From the IMG/VR virus record IMGVR_UViG_2854395284_000002, positions 27,638 through 91,637 of that record: a stretch of 64,000 nt of DNA; one strand, 5' to 3'. Positions 1-10,223 of this stretch are shown here, one piece after another (positions within the stretch are counted from its first letter, which is position 1; every line of letters begins with the position of its first letter). The position numbers and the translations under genes are program-made. Source of the stretch: a virus (Duplodnaviria; Heunggongvirae; Uroviricota; Caudoviricetes). The notes below the pieces were generated by a model. The model ran no database searches. It was not told where the DNA came from and worked only from the letters and a program-made list of their open reading frames with translations.

Positions 1-237
1 TTCAGCAACTTTATATACTTGAAATTGATTCCCCTGTGATCCATGCTCTCCTGAGTATAAACACTTTGCACCAAATTCATGTATTCTTTCCGCATATGTT
101 TCTATAGATTCCGCACAGTCCGGTGTTGATGTGTTACTAAAATCTTTGTGACAATGATAGTTCTCTAAATATAAATTCTTTTCATATTCTTCTGGTGAAT
201 AAGGGAATTCAAATGTCAATGTAGGAATAATTTTTTT
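1..237 (-). CDS. DNA polymerase III alpha-type PHP domain, N-terminal fragment (5' partial; gene runs off the window start)
   Basis: Minus-strand translation gives ...LENYHCHKDFSNTSTPDC...GAKCLYSGEHGS, matching the PHP-domain His/Asp motifs (HxH ... D, GEHGS) of PolC/DnaE N-termini. It lies immediately downstream of recJ in the same orientation. The start codon is uncertain (TTG near 237). Confidence 0.45.
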
Positions 238-259
238 TATCAACTCAATATTAGAAATT

Positions 260-1867
260 TTAATCCACCTCCGAAAGTACATCGCATACTGCTTTTAGTA
301 CAAATTTTCTACCTAAAAATCCACTATCCAGACTACATACGGCTTCGAATTCATCATTCATAGTGCTATGATCCTCCATATCATCAAATGAACCGTCGAA
401 GTTCCATTTGATAATCTGCAAGTAATCATTCGGTTTTAGAACTAAATGCTTATAATCACTCATCTGACCAATTTCGTAATCACAAATATTATCCATATAA
501 GCTCTTACTGGTTTAAAATTTGTGCCAGAAATACGATCAATCTTTTTGATATTCTCTATTAATCGTCTGGTAATATCTTCGACATCAATTTGAATATCAA
601 TGTCAATTGTTGGTTCTTTAAACTCTGGAAGGTTTGTTTCGACATAAGACAAGAAATTGTTAAGATCTGATTTTTTGATTTGAATACCCGATGCAAGTTC
701 ATGCCCATCTGCTTTTGCATAACCACTATCATTGCAGATTTTTCGAAAATCATCAACACCTACGGCTCTCATAGAACCTGCGTATTTTGATCCGACATCT
801 TTCAACACTAAGATCGGCTTTTGATACTTTTCTAGTAGCTTATTTCCTAATAAACCAGCAATACCATATTGTGTATCAATATATACAGTGATTACCTTTT
901 GATCCTTTTGTTTCTCACATTGTTCATAAACATTCGGCAGTAAACGCTCCACTTCTTGATTTTGTTCTTCCTTACATTTCTTTAATGCTTTTACATAGGC
1001 AAGCACTTGTTTGTTATTATCTTCTAGAAATGCATTCATAGCAGTTTCATTTTCACCCATACGGTTCGCTGCATTTACAATTGGAGCAATACTAAATGCA
1101 ATTGCCGTACTGTTGAATTCAAATCCGCCGACAATCTTCTTAACTGCTGGATTATAAATCTTCTCAAGTCCTTTCGACACGATATAACGGTTTTCCATAA
1201 CTGTCATATCCATCATATCTCCAACTAGACCACATGCCGCAAGATCTACTAATTCATCTGCATAATCTGTAAGAAATTGTTCATCCAAATATTTACAGAA
1301 TTTCCATACCACCCCTGCTCCAGATAATTGCGAATTATCATAATCTCTTTGAGAAGAAATAAGAATTGTATATGTATCATATGGAATTTCCCGTTTAATT
1401 GCATGATGGTCTAAAATAAGTACATCGATTCCTGCTTCTGACAATTCTTTATACTGAATTTCGTCTTCGTCTAAACTATCTACAACAATCAATAAATCTA
1501 AAGATGCAAACTGCTGCAAATTTTGTCCTTTTAGTCCATGCTGCTTACCGTCATCAATATATGTAAAAATATCGTCTGTAAAATATCTCAAATATCGTGT
1601 CATAATCGTTCCTGCCGCGATTCCATCAGTATCTGTATCAAATAAAATACCAATGTTTTCGTTTTCTTCAATTGCCCGATTAATACGTATGTATGCTTCA
1701 TCAATCCTATATAAAGAATCCAGTGGAAGTAAATCTTCTTCTATTGGATTTAAAAAATGTTTCGCATCTTGAACTCCTCTTTGTTGAAGAATCGTATCAA
1801 ATACTTCATCCTCATACATTCCTCTACAATCGTTTAAAATATTATAATTCTTCTTCGTCCTTATCAT
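260..1867 (-). CDS. recJ: RecJ-like single-stranded-DNA exonuclease (DHH/DHHA1 phosphoesterase)
   Basis: 535 aa. DHH-family motifs DTDTDGIAAG, LILDHH and GAGVVWK, characteristic of RecJ. Confidence 0.8.
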   Translation of the reverse strand: MIRTKKNYNILNDCRGMYEDEVFDTILQQRGVQDAKHFLNPIEEDLLPLDSLYRIDEAYIRINRAIEENENIGILFDTDTDGIAAGTIMTRYLRYFTDDIFTYIDDGKQHGLKGQNLQQFASLDLLIVVDSLDEDEIQYKELSEAGIDVLILDHHAIKREIPYDTYTILISSQRDYDNSQLSGAGVVWKFCKYLDEQFLTDYADELVDLAACGLVGDMMDMTVMENRYIVSKGLEKIYNPAVKKIVGGFEFNSTAIAFSIAPIVNAANRMGENETAMNAFLEDNNKQVLAYVKALKKCKEEQNQEVERLLPNVYEQCEKQKDQKVITVYIDTQYGIAGLLGNKLLEKYQKPILVLKDVGSKYAGSMRAVGVDDFRKICNDSGYAKADGHELASGIQIKKSDLNNFLSYVETNLPEFKEPTIDIDIQIDVEDITRRLIENIKKIDRISGTNFKPVRAYMDNICDYEIGQMSDYKHLVLKPNDYLQIIKWNFDGSFDDMEDHSTMNDEFEAVCSLDSGFLGRKFVLKAVCDVLSEVD

Positions 1868-2870
1868 CTCCTAGTATTAAAATTTCATTATTTATGATAT
1901 ACTCAAATTTTTCTTTACCCATGTCGCTTGCAGAAACCTTTGGAGCATAATATGATTTTGTCCAATCCCAATATCCAATCTCAAATTCCGTAAACTTAGA
2001 ATAATGACGTAAAACTTCTACGTTTCTCTTTATATTGTCCAATTCATATCCTTGATCATGTAGAAAAATTACCTTTGTTGGATGTAGCTCCACAAGCAAC
2101 CGTGCTTGCTGTACACTTAAACTTCCACTCATAAGCGCAACAGCGTTTCTATATCCGTATGAATAACATTGCATGACAAATTTTTCTGCTTCTCCTACAA
2201 AAACAGTATTTTCAACAAGATATTGATAATTTTGAGCATAACCAAATAATGTAGTGCTGCAACGCCCAGGATAAGAATAAAAATATTTCAGCGCACCATC
2301 TGAAATCTCATAATTAAAACGTTCCTTAACCCCAATAAGCTGTCCATATTCATTTCTGATGGGAATAACAATTCCTTGTGATTCGACGTCATATCTTATT
2401 CCAAAATACTGCTGTGCATCTAATGATATATGATCTTTCAAAAATCGAATATTGGGATAGAATTGAAATTCATCTAATATTTTTTCGTCATATATTTTCG
2501 ATTGAATAGTGTTTCTTTGTCTAATCTTTTCATAAAATCCTCCAAAGATTCCTTTTTTCTGAAAGTGTCCAATATAATCTTGTATATGTAACACATTTTT
2601 TATTTCATTTAAGACGTCTACAAATTCTACTTTTCTTTGATTGGTGATATATGAAAAGATATCAGTTTGAATATTTCGAGCATAATCATGTACGTACAGC
2701 CAATTATTATTTTCAAGCTTAATTACAATACTTTTTTTCGAAGATTCTTCATCTCGCCCAAATTGCATGTATGTAGGCCGAATGACTATATTACAGTATC
2801 CAAAATGTTCCAATACCTCTTTTAGTTTTTCTGGATTATTTAATAGCTCTTTTTTAATATCTTCTAACAT
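1842..2870 (-). CDS. DNA primase, TOPRIM-domain (DnaG-like)
   Basis: 342 aa. TOPRIM-like block VFVGEAEKFVMQ...ALMSGSLS...VIFLHDQG. Sits between the helicase and recJ in the replication module. Confidence 0.55.
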   Translation of the reverse strand: MLEDIKKELLNNPEKLKEVLEHFGYCNIVIRPTYMQFGRDEESSKKSIVIKLENNNWLYVHDYARNIQTDIFSYITNQRKVEFVDVLNEIKNVLHIQDYIGHFQKKGIFGGFYEKIRQRNTIQSKIYDEKILDEFQFYPNIRFLKDHISLDAQQYFGIRYDVESQGIVIPIRNEYGQLIGVKERFNYEISDGALKYFYSYPGRCSTTLFGYAQNYQYLVENTVFVGEAEKFVMQCYSYGYRNAVALMSGSLSVQQARLLVELHPTKVIFLHDQGYELDNIKRNVEVLRHYSKFTEFEIGYWDWTKSYYAPKVSASDMGKEKFEYIINNEILILGDDKDEEEL

Positions 2871-2891
2871 ATATCACCACCAAGTTATTTT

Positions 2892-4451
2892 TTATCTTAT
2901 TTCTCCATGTTTCGGACGGCATTGTGCCACTTCTCTGAAGATAGAATGATCACCTGAAAACTTTAAAAGATACGCAATACCAGTATCACTGGAGTTATTA
3001 CCATTCCGAGTTTTTTCTACAAATAACATTCTCCATACTGCATTTGGATCTGCTTTATATTCCTCTTCAATCCATTTATCGTTAATCTTTTTCAGTCTAA
3101 ATGGATGGCAATAATATTTACTTTTTTCATCAAGTTCTTCAGCATAAACAGTTCGCATAAGGAACAAATTCTCAAGAATTTCTTTCGTCTGCTTGGCATT
3201 ACTAAGGCAACTGGCATCCAGGAATAATTTTCCTTTCATATATTCTGCCAACTGGACTGATGCCAACATGATTAAATTATATTTTTTTGCCAACTTATCT
3301 AACTCTCTACTGTCTCTAACTAAAGACAAATCTTGTCTGGAGGATGAAAAATCGCTCTCCTGGATTTTAAACGTATCGTATAGAACTGTATCATATCCAA
3401 ATTTAAGAACATTCTCGCGTACTTTCTTTTTAATAACAGCCATGTCTGCATCGTTCATAGCAATGAACTTTACGCGACCCTTATAATTCTTTCTCCAGAA
3501 TGCTTGCACATCTTTTAATTGCTCACGACTTTCCTTGTTTATATCACCCACAGACATTTTCTTTTTCGTGAGTTTAAAATATCTGTTCCTCTTGCCAAGG
3601 AGCCAAACCATAAATTTAATTTTAAATTTTTTAATATTTTCTTCGTTGGAAATAATAAGAATTTTCCGATCATAATATAGAAGAGCCATGAGAACTGTAA
3701 TCCACCAAGTGGATTTTCCTGCGCTACTGAATCCTCCCATCATTGTGAGAGTTCCTTCTAACAATCCCATTATTTGCCTAGATAAAAAAGGAAAACAATT
3801 AATTTCTTCTCCATTTTTATCATATCCTGCTATATCAAAAGGTACACCATTTTCTTCACCTTCTGCACATGATTCAATAAATTCGTCATCGAAATCTATT
3901 TCTTCTTCTTCCAGGATCTTGCTCGAATATCCGGTACCATAAGTGCTTATTCTTGCCTCATACCAATCCGTTACCTCTTCAGCAGTCATCTTTCGAAATA
4001 ATTTAATAGGAATAACTTTCTTATCCTTGATATTAATCTCTTTTAAAAGATTAAATCCATCATCGCACATGCGAAGCATAACATTTTCTCGATACAAGAT
4101 ATCAATGTATGTATCAAAATTCTGTGTATTGATAATGTCCATCTGATGCTGAATTGAATCCCATCCACCACAATCCTCATATCGATCAATGACTTCTTGT
4201 TTTGAATTTGACAGAATAGTTATTTCATCAAGAGAGTAGAATCCTTTTTTTCGTAAATCTTTCAGTAATGAAAAATAAAACCGACCATCAACAGTGATAA
4301 AATCGTCCTTTTCGAATGTCGTATCATCCAAAAGAAGCATATCCTTAAAGAAACAGCTTACAACGTTTCCTTCATATTCGATTCGTCCTTTTAATAGCTG
4401 CGCAGGATACTTTTCTTTGACACCTGTAATAAATTCAGCTATATTACTCAC
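2892..4451 (-). CDS. DnaB-family replicative DNA helicase
   Basis: 519 aa. Walker A GGFSSAGKST in a RecA-like C-terminal domain, followed by LIISNEE. An N-terminal helical domain is present, as in DnaB. Confidence 0.7.
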   Translation of the reverse strand: MSNIAEFITGVKEKYPAQLLKGRIEYEGNVVSCFFKDMLLLDDTTFEKDDFITVDGRFYFSLLKDLRKKGFYSLDEITILSNSKQEVIDRYEDCGGWDSIQHQMDIINTQNFDTYIDILYRENVMLRMCDDGFNLLKEINIKDKKVIPIKLFRKMTAEEVTDWYEARISTYGTGYSSKILEEEEIDFDDEFIESCAEGEENGVPFDIAGYDKNGEEINCFPFLSRQIMGLLEGTLTMMGGFSSAGKSTWWITVLMALLYYDRKILIISNEENIKKFKIKFMVWLLGKRNRYFKLTKKKMSVGDINKESREQLKDVQAFWRKNYKGRVKFIAMNDADMAVIKKKVRENVLKFGYDTVLYDTFKIQESDFSSSRQDLSLVRDSRELDKLAKKYNLIMLASVQLAEYMKGKLFLDASCLSNAKQTKEILENLFLMRTVYAEELDEKSKYYCHPFRLKKINDKWIEEEYKADPNAVWRMLFVEKTRNGNNSSDTGIAYLLKFSGDHSIFREVAQCRPKHGEIR

Positions 4452-4926
4452 CTACCTGTTCTTCAATATCAGATAAACTTCTTTTCTTCTGTCGTCGTTT
4501 ATAATGACCATCCGGTATATCAACTTCCACCTGTTTAGGTGCTTCTTTTTCTTTTACTTTAAAATCTGCGATACCATTTTTGATCATTGCAGAAAAATAT
4601 CTAATTTTAGCGTATTCACTCGAATAATCTCTTTGCTGAATGACAGATGTCATGTAATCTTTATTCTCTTTTAAATAGGCTAAAATCTGATCATAAGAAT
4701 AAGATCCAAGTATAAAACTTAACTCTTTGAACAATGCAGTATTAATTATTTTATAACCAAAAATCTCATTAATACACTCGTATGTATCGTCTCTTATTTT
4801 TCTGTCATGCAATACAGTTAGATATTCTGCTTCATTGCAGTAGTAGATGTTTTTACCATCCACTACCACTTTGAAAGCATCTTTTCTATCTACCTTGTTA
4901 TTGCAATATCTGCATTTAACAAGCAT
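4444..4926 (-). CDS. hypothetical protein with N-terminal Cys4 zinc-ribbon (CRYCNN...YYCNE)
   Basis: 160 aa ORF translationally coupled to the helicase. CxxC...C motifs. Confidence 0.4.
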   Translation of the reverse strand: MLVKCRYCNNKVDRKDAFKVVVDGKNIYYCNEAEYLTVLHDRKIRDDTYECINEIFGYKIINTALFKELSFILGSYSYDQILAYLKENKDYMTSVIQQRDYSSEYAKIRYFSAMIKNGIADFKVKEKEAPKQVEVDIPDGHYKRRQKKRSLSDIEEQVGE

Positions 4927-4938
4927 ACATGATACTCC

Positions 4939-6081
4939 TTAGTTCATCATATCGTAAATTCGTTTCAGTCCATCTTCATCTACATCATTAAGTTTGCCAT
5001 ATTCTGCAATGACTTTTCTGACGCTTGCTTTCTTATCTTTATCAGTACACTCTTTGAACATTGTGCGAATTACAGCAGCGAGATCTTCTGGATAATCAGA
5101 AGTTTCTGTCGCGGTTTCTTCTTGTGCTACTGTCTCCTCTACTGGAATATCATCAATATCCTCATCTTCTTCAATCGGTTCCGGATCGAGTTCTACTTTT
5201 TTCTTCTCCACAACTGGTTTAGATCTTTTACCAAGAGTAGATTTAGATTTCTCCATACCTTCCTCGACAACTCGAATAAAATCTGCCGCCATATTAGGTT
5301 TATCAAATACCAGATATTCTGGCACAGCGCCATCTGCAAAACGACCACCTGCGTCAATGAGTGTTGTTCCTCTGAAATAAAGTTTGCGAATAGTATCTGT
5401 CGCATATTTTTTGGTCTTATCTCCAACTTTTTTCTCCTCAAGATCACGGTCAATAACACCAGTAAGGGTTACATCAAAAATGTCTCCGAATGCTGCTTCA
5501 TAATCTGCTCCCATGTTTGAAGAAAGCTGCATATAACCATCTTCTTCCAGTCCACCCTTTTCTTTAATTGTTTTGAATTTTGTATGAGCAATAACCCACA
5601 CGCCAAACCCAGCATCTTCAAGACGAGTCATATACGGTTTAATGATGTCATTTGCGGAGAATTTTTCACCTGCTGTATATCCTCCAAATGCAGCCTTAAT
5701 TGATTTACATTTTTTGGTTGGATTCTCTACATTACTCTGACGAATTGTTTCCGCATCTGCAATTAGAGCAAGTTCATCACCGGTATCAAACGCCACCATT
5801 TCGATATCATGCTCTTTACCTTTTTCTTTAATAAGCCAGTCTGCTAACTCCTGAAGATCTTTATATGTCTTGACCTGTGTGGTATTTAAATTGTCAAGCA
5901 TTTTATAACCTTTCTCGTTTCCACATCCGACAAGCAGACCTTTTGCAGGATCTCCATATTTTTCCAGAACTACATCACGGAAAAGTGTCGTCTTACCAAA
6001 TTTCTTAGTACTTCTGAGGTAAATAGAAAGATTTTTGATGTCTGGTTTAATTACATTGATTGTTGGTTTCTGAAATGCCAT
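4939..6081 (-). CDS. AAA_24/Sak4-like RecA-fold ATPase with acidic C-terminal tail
   Basis: 380 aa. P-loop STKKFGKTTL (GxxxxGKT), Walker B-like VAFDTGDE, and an acidic tail EPIEEDEDIDD. Its position next to the SSB-like gene is typical for Sak4. Confidence 0.55.
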   Translation of the reverse strand: MAFQKPTINVIKPDIKNLSIYLRSTKKFGKTTLFRDVVLEKYGDPAKGLLVGCGNEKGYKMLDNLNTTQVKTYKDLQELADWLIKEKGKEHDIEMVAFDTGDELALIADAETIRQSNVENPTKKCKSIKAAFGGYTAGEKFSANDIIKPYMTRLEDAGFGVWVIAHTKFKTIKEKGGLEEDGYMQLSSNMGADYEAAFGDIFDVTLTGVIDRDLEEKKVGDKTKKYATDTIRKLYFRGTTLIDAGGRFADGAVPEYLVFDKPNMAADFIRVVEEGMEKSKSTLGKRSKPVVEKKKVELDPEPIEEDEDIDDIPVEETVAQEETATETSDYPEDLAAVIRTMFKECTDKDKKASVRKVIAEYGKLNDVDEDGLKRIYDMMN

Positions 6082-6149
6082 AAATATATATCTCCTTTAT
6101 ATATGTAGTTTATTATTGAAGAATCAGGAAGGCATAGCCCTTTTAATTC

Positions 6150-7358
6150 TTATAGTTCATCATCCTCGTCGAAAAGATCTTCTGTTCCTTCCGGAAGTTC
6201 TTCCTCAAGTGGTTTGATTGTCATGTCGTCCTCTGTATACACCGTGTCAACTCTTCCATGAGTGAATCCGCGAGCTGGTTTTACAAACTGATACTCCTTG
6301 ATTCTGTCACCATAAACTCCTTTGCTATATTCAGCACGGATATCATCCATAGCGATAAGTCCACAATCAAGGTCATTTTTCTGCTCATCGGTCAACATAT
6401 CTTCTGTAATTTCAATTCTCTGTGCGCCATTCAGCATATTAACAATTACACCATATTCCTTAAAACCATCATCCTCGACGATAAATTTATGTTTAATTGC
6501 TTCGATTCTTTTCTTAGCTTTTTCATCTGCATCTTCTGCTGCTACTGGGATTGCGACCGTAACCGGCACTGGAATATTGGCTTTTCTATTGTTGTCATAC
6601 TCCATCATGTAACCATTAACATAATATTTGCCCTTTTCTTCAACGCTCATATCATCAAAGCTTTCGGAATTGAATAGAATATTAAATGTTGCTGTCGAAG
6701 ATTCTTCTGCATCTTCTGCTGCTAGATAAATTCTATTTGGCATATAAGATTCATAAACAGTTCCTTTATTGTCGGAATACTGATATTCTCCATTTCCTCG
6801 AATAAAGAATTTTTTATCAGCATATTTTCCACTGTCAATTACTTTCTTAATGAAATCGATATAATCCCATTCAGAAATAAACTCATGACGTTTTTTAATA
6901 CTCTTCTCAAGCGCGTCGGATACCTCATCTGAAGATGTCAGTCCAACTTCTTTTAGTTCTTCATCCGTTAGCTCACTACCCTCATGAAGCTTATCTGCCA
7001 TATTCTGCAGTTTGTATCTTCGTCCCGGTTTTTCAAGATCAAAGATGAATTTTTTAAATTCAGCAACTTCTGCTAGTTTTGGAGAAGTCAGACGTTCTTT
7101 AAACGGAATCTGAATACTTTCGCCTTTAGTTTTTTTACCATTTTCATCTGTACCACCTTTGCTGAAGGTATATACAAATCCGTGTTCATCACCGAAAGCT
7201 CCTGCATTTACAGTAAGCATATGACGATTGTCTCCGCATGTCGCATTGAAAAGAAGTTGTTTTCTCACCCAACCAGATTCATACTTATTTTCCGAATATG
7301 GATGAAATTTTTCTGTATCTTTTCCAATACTTAGTTTTCCTGTCATTTCAAAATTCAT
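6150..7358 (-). CDS. putative phage ssDNA-binding / recombination-associated protein (acidic C-terminus)
   Basis: 402 aa. C-terminal EDLFDEDDEL resembles an SSB protein-interaction tail, and the gene is adjacent to the Sak4-like ATPase. No precise family recognised. Confidence 0.35.
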   Translation of the reverse strand: MNFEMTGKLSIGKDTEKFHPYSENKYESGWVRKQLLFNATCGDNRHMLTVNAGAFGDEHGFVYTFSKGGTDENGKKTKGESIQIPFKERLTSPKLAEVAEFKKFIFDLEKPGRRYKLQNMADKLHEGSELTDEELKEVGLTSSDEVSDALEKSIKKRHEFISEWDYIDFIKKVIDSGKYADKKFFIRGNGEYQYSDNKGTVYESYMPNRIYLAAEDAEESSTATFNILFNSESFDDMSVEEKGKYYVNGYMMEYDNNRKANIPVPVTVAIPVAAEDADEKAKKRIEAIKHKFIVEDDGFKEYGVIVNMLNGAQRIEITEDMLTDEQKNDLDCGLIAMDDIRAEYSKGVYGDRIKEYQFVKPARGFTHGRVDTVYTEDDMTIKPLEEELPEGTEDLFDEDDEL

Positions 7359-7568
7359 TAATTTTTGTCCTCCTAAAATTAAAATTTATATTATTGTTAA
7401 ATAAAACAATCTATTTTAACGCCCAATACATGGACGGAACACAGAATTAAATCTATGTTTAACTATGTAAACAGTGATTCAGGGCGCACAAACCCAAGGT
7501 ATGCTGTTAGCCACCCAATTTTATATTCTCTATTGAATTATTTATTTTTTTTGGATTTTTTGACTTGA

Positions 7569-7880
7569 TTAAGTCGGATTTACTATTCGATATGCTAATC
7601 TTTTATCTGTAAATATTTCTTCTCCATTATCTTTTAGTTTTGTTATGTTACAAGACAAATGCATTTCATCATATTTTAGATTCGAAATTTTACAATTAGA
7701 TTGTATACTGTTACCTTTCATAACTTTTGACTTGAAGAAAACTGCTTTACCATCATAATTCTTATGTGCCTCACAATATTCATTCCAACTGTCTGCTTCA
7801 ACTATTCTTGATTGATGATCTCGAATCATATTATTTTCATCAATAATTAGATTTGTTTCAATTACTTCTATGTATATCAT
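7569..7880 (-). CDS. hypothetical protein
   Basis: 103 aa ORF in the co-oriented array. No recognisable motif. Confidence 0.4.
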   Translation of the reverse strand: MIYIEVIETNLIIDENNMIRDHQSRIVEADSWNEYCEAHKNYDGKAVFFKSKVMKGNSIQSNCKISNLKYDEMHLSCNITKLKDNGEEIFTDKRLAYRIVNPT

Positions 7881-7912
7881 CTCCTTCTATATATTCTCTA
7901 CAATCTAATAAT

Positions 7913-8161
7913 TTATTTATTAACCATAACACTTCCATCAGAATTTAATCTTGGAGTCATACCACCCATTCCAGAATATCCTTCCTGATGTGAATAAACC
8001 CAATAATGAACCCCAGTATCAGGATCAACGAATTCATAAATATCATTATTATAGATTTTTGGAGTCGTTCCACTAAGATCCGTTGTAGTTCCTTTCACAC
8101 ATCCTGTCAGTGAAAATAATAGCATTGATGTTATTCCAAATAACACAAATTTCTTCTTCAT
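7913..8161 (-). CDS. putative lipoprotein
   Basis: 82 aa. Signal peptide MKKKFVLFGITSMLLFSLTGC with a lipobox (LTGC). Confidence 0.5.
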   Translation of the reverse strand: MKKKFVLFGITSMLLFSLTGCVKGTTTDLSGTTPKIYNNDIYEFVDPDTGVHYWVYSHQEGYSGMGGMTPRLNSDGSVMVNK

Positions 8162-8190
8162 CTTTTACATATTCTCCATCTTATTCTTTA

Positions 8191-8574
8191 TTATGCTTCA
8201 AAATTGAATTCATCAGATGTGATTTTTGTATTGCTGATTTTCTGATAGATATCCACATATATTTCATCTTTGTCTCTATTATAAGTTACTTCTGCATACT
8301 TATTTCTGCTCTTAGAATCCCATTTAACAAAATCCTCTAAATCATACTCGCCAGATTCTTCTTCGTTGATCTCAGGAACAAATACATTATAATTACCTTC
8401 GTTACGATCATGTTCAATTATCTGCCGCAGCATCTCATATATATTTGTAATTCCTAACTGATATGCTCTCTTTTCACCATCAGTCATTCCATCGCAAACT
8501 TCATCATTCTTACTCTCTAAAAGATCCTTATACTTTTCTAAGCTTTCTACGATTAATAAAAATTGTTCGTTCAT
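8191..8574 (-). CDS. hypothetical protein
   Basis: 127 aa acidic ORF. Confidence 0.45.
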   Translation of the reverse strand: MNEQFLLIVESLEKYKDLLESKNDEVCDGMTDGEKRAYQLGITNIYEMLRQIIEHDRNEGNYNVFVPEINEEESGEYDLEDFVKWDSKSRNKYAEVTYNRDKDEIYVDIYQKISNTKITSDEFNFEA

Positions 8575-8772
8575 TTATTCATTCTCCTTTAACTCTTGAA
8601 ATATTTTAGTTTTCTGCTATAATACCCATACAGGTTATAGCAGCCAAGTTCCACCGCATACTGACTCAACAGCACGGCTATTCCTGGAGTTTATAAAATA
8701 ACTCATGCGGAAGTACTACTTATGTAGTGCGTATAAAACATGAGAAAATAAATCTCAGATTGGAGGTAAATA

Positions 8773-8970
8773 TTGTACATATTAGCAACAATTATATGTG
8801 CAGTTGTTGGACTAATCGCCGTTGGTATGTATTATCATTCCAAAAACCATGCAGTCGATATGATTTGCAGGTACTCATCTGAATTATCAGATAAGAAAGT
8901 GGAATGTATTACCAACATGATTTCCAAACAACATCGGGACATCCCGTTTTTGAAAAAGCTACCAAAATAA
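8773..8970 (+). CDS. small membrane protein (plus-strand, divergent)
   Basis: 65 aa. Hydrophobic N-terminus ILATIICAVVGLIAVGMYY. An RBS GGAGGT lies upstream. It is the only plus-strand gene in the first 50 kb and is bounded by a bidirectional terminator. Confidence 0.4.
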   Translation: MYILATIICAVVGLIAVGMYYHSKNHAVDMICRYSSELSDKKVECITNMISKQHRDIPFLKKLPK

Positions 8971-9022
8971 TCTGTTTATTATTTATTTTCTCCTTTTAAT
9001 CTATAACTTTTTATTATTCATC

Positions 9023-9061
9023 AGGTCGAATTTTGTGTCTAATCACAGATTCGACCTTTTG
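9023..9061. terminator. bidirectional rho-independent terminator hairpin
   Basis: AGGTCGAAT...ATTCGACCT perfect stem followed by TTTT. Placed between convergent genes 8773..8970 (+) and 9085..9570 (-). Confidence 0.5.
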
Positions 9062-9084
9062 TACTTCCACATAAGATTATTTTC

Positions 9085-9570
9085 TTAATCTAAAATTACA
9101 TCCACTGCAGAGATGAATCCATGTACTTTTTTAATTGATTCTTCATCTAACATATATCTTTCGCCCGCTATGTTCATTTCTTTATTAAGGCTATCAATAG
9201 AAAATATTAATTTTTCTTTTGCTATTTCTTTATTCTCTGCACAAACAACAATTCTTTTAAGTGCCAAACTTTTCTTCCATATATTATCAAAGTCATACCA
9301 TTCTCTGTTCGCAATTCCAGTGTAAAAGTCTATTGCCGCTGCATCTTCTTCCTCTTCATCATTTTCTTCTTCCGATTCTCCATACTCACATGTATCGCAA
9401 GTAGAAAAATATTTGTCATGGACTTTACAGCATTCTGGTCTATTATCTTCGTTATAGCGTGTAATAAAATCATAAACTGACGCTTCAAGTTTAATTATTT
9501 TGTCAAATTTTATTCTATCTTTTTCGGATAACTTATTCCACTTTTCTAAAAGTGAATCTACTAATCTCAT
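9085..9570 (-). CDS. hypothetical protein (acidic, Cys cluster CCKVHDKYFSTCDTCEYGE)
   Basis: 161 aa ORF. Confidence 0.45.
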   Translation of the reverse strand: MRLVDSLLEKWNKLSEKDRIKFDKIIKLEASVYDFITRYNEDNRPECCKVHDKYFSTCDTCEYGESEEENDEEEEDAAAIDFYTGIANREWYDFDNIWKKSLALKRIVVCAENKEIAKEKLIFSIDSLNKEMNIAGERYMLDEESIKKVHGFISAVDVILD

Positions 9571-9617
9571 AACTACTTCCTTTCTTAAAAATTTATGAAA
9601 TTTACTTTTCGTTAAGA

Positions 9618-9968
9618 TTATAAACCCAATTCTTCGATTATAGGAAGAACCTTGTCTTTTAACTTAGGATATAATTTATCCAATGTTTCTCTAGCGTTCA
9701 TTTGTTTATTCTGTGTTGTAAGTCTGGCACATTCCCAGTCTATAACCATTTGTACATAATCCGCATGTGTCCTTGCTCTCAAAGCATGATGCCTGGAATG
9801 CCCTCTATGTATCTTGTATACACGTTCGTAATCCATAATCATGTATAGGAATATTTTATCCAAATCATGCAAGTAACCACGAATTGTATTGTGCCCAAGT
9901 AATTGCCTTTCGATTATTCTGAATGCTTTTCTATGTTTTAATGTATATTTGATTTTATCTGTTTGCAT
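9618..9968 (-). CDS. hypothetical His-rich small protein
   Basis: 116 aa. Contains LHDLDK and HRGHSRHH. Family not recognised. Confidence 0.4.
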   Translation of the reverse strand: MQTDKIKYTLKHRKAFRIIERQLLGHNTIRGYLHDLDKIFLYMIMDYERVYKIHRGHSRHHALRARTHADYVQMVIDWECARLTTQNKQMNARETLDKLYPKLKDKVLPIIEELGL

Positions 9969-9994
9969 TGTTTACCCCTTTCTTAAGTTTTAAA

Positions 9995-10067
9995 TGGAGC
10001 TTGCATGACTTGAACATGCGACCGTCCAGTTATGAGCTGGATGCTCTCCCAACTGAGCTAAAGCTCC
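9995..10067 (-). tRNA. tRNA-Met (anticodon CAT; could be initiator/elongator or Ile-lysidine type)
   Basis: Minus-strand sequence GGAGCTTTAGCTCAGTTGGGAGAGCATCCAGCTCATAACTGGACGGTCGCATGTTCAAGTCATGCAAGCTCCA folds as a cloverleaf. It has a 7-bp acceptor stem, an AGCTCAGTTGGGAGAGC D-arm, a CTCATAA anticodon loop and a GTTCAAGTC T-arm. Confidence 0.75.
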
Positions 10068-10223
10068 TGGTTGCACCATAAAGCGAAGCCATGCACGACC
10101 TCCAATGGATTAGTCTTTCATAATACCTTTTCGCTACATTTAGTTGCACAAAACATACGATTTTTGTGTTGCGATATTCTTTTACTTCCAACTAAACAAA
10201 GTTGCATACTTCATGATGCTAAA

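Noticed and set aside
9618-9968. HD-domain phosphohydrolase (possible DatZ-like partner for the PurZ candidate).
   Set aside because: Only an HD dipeptide and a His-rich patch in 116 aa. Too short and too little motif support to call an HD hydrolase.
10068-10223. Third tRNA in the spacer between the two tRNA genes.
   Set aside because: No T-loop (GTTCRANYC) or cloverleaf can be drawn. Only nested inverted repeats are present.
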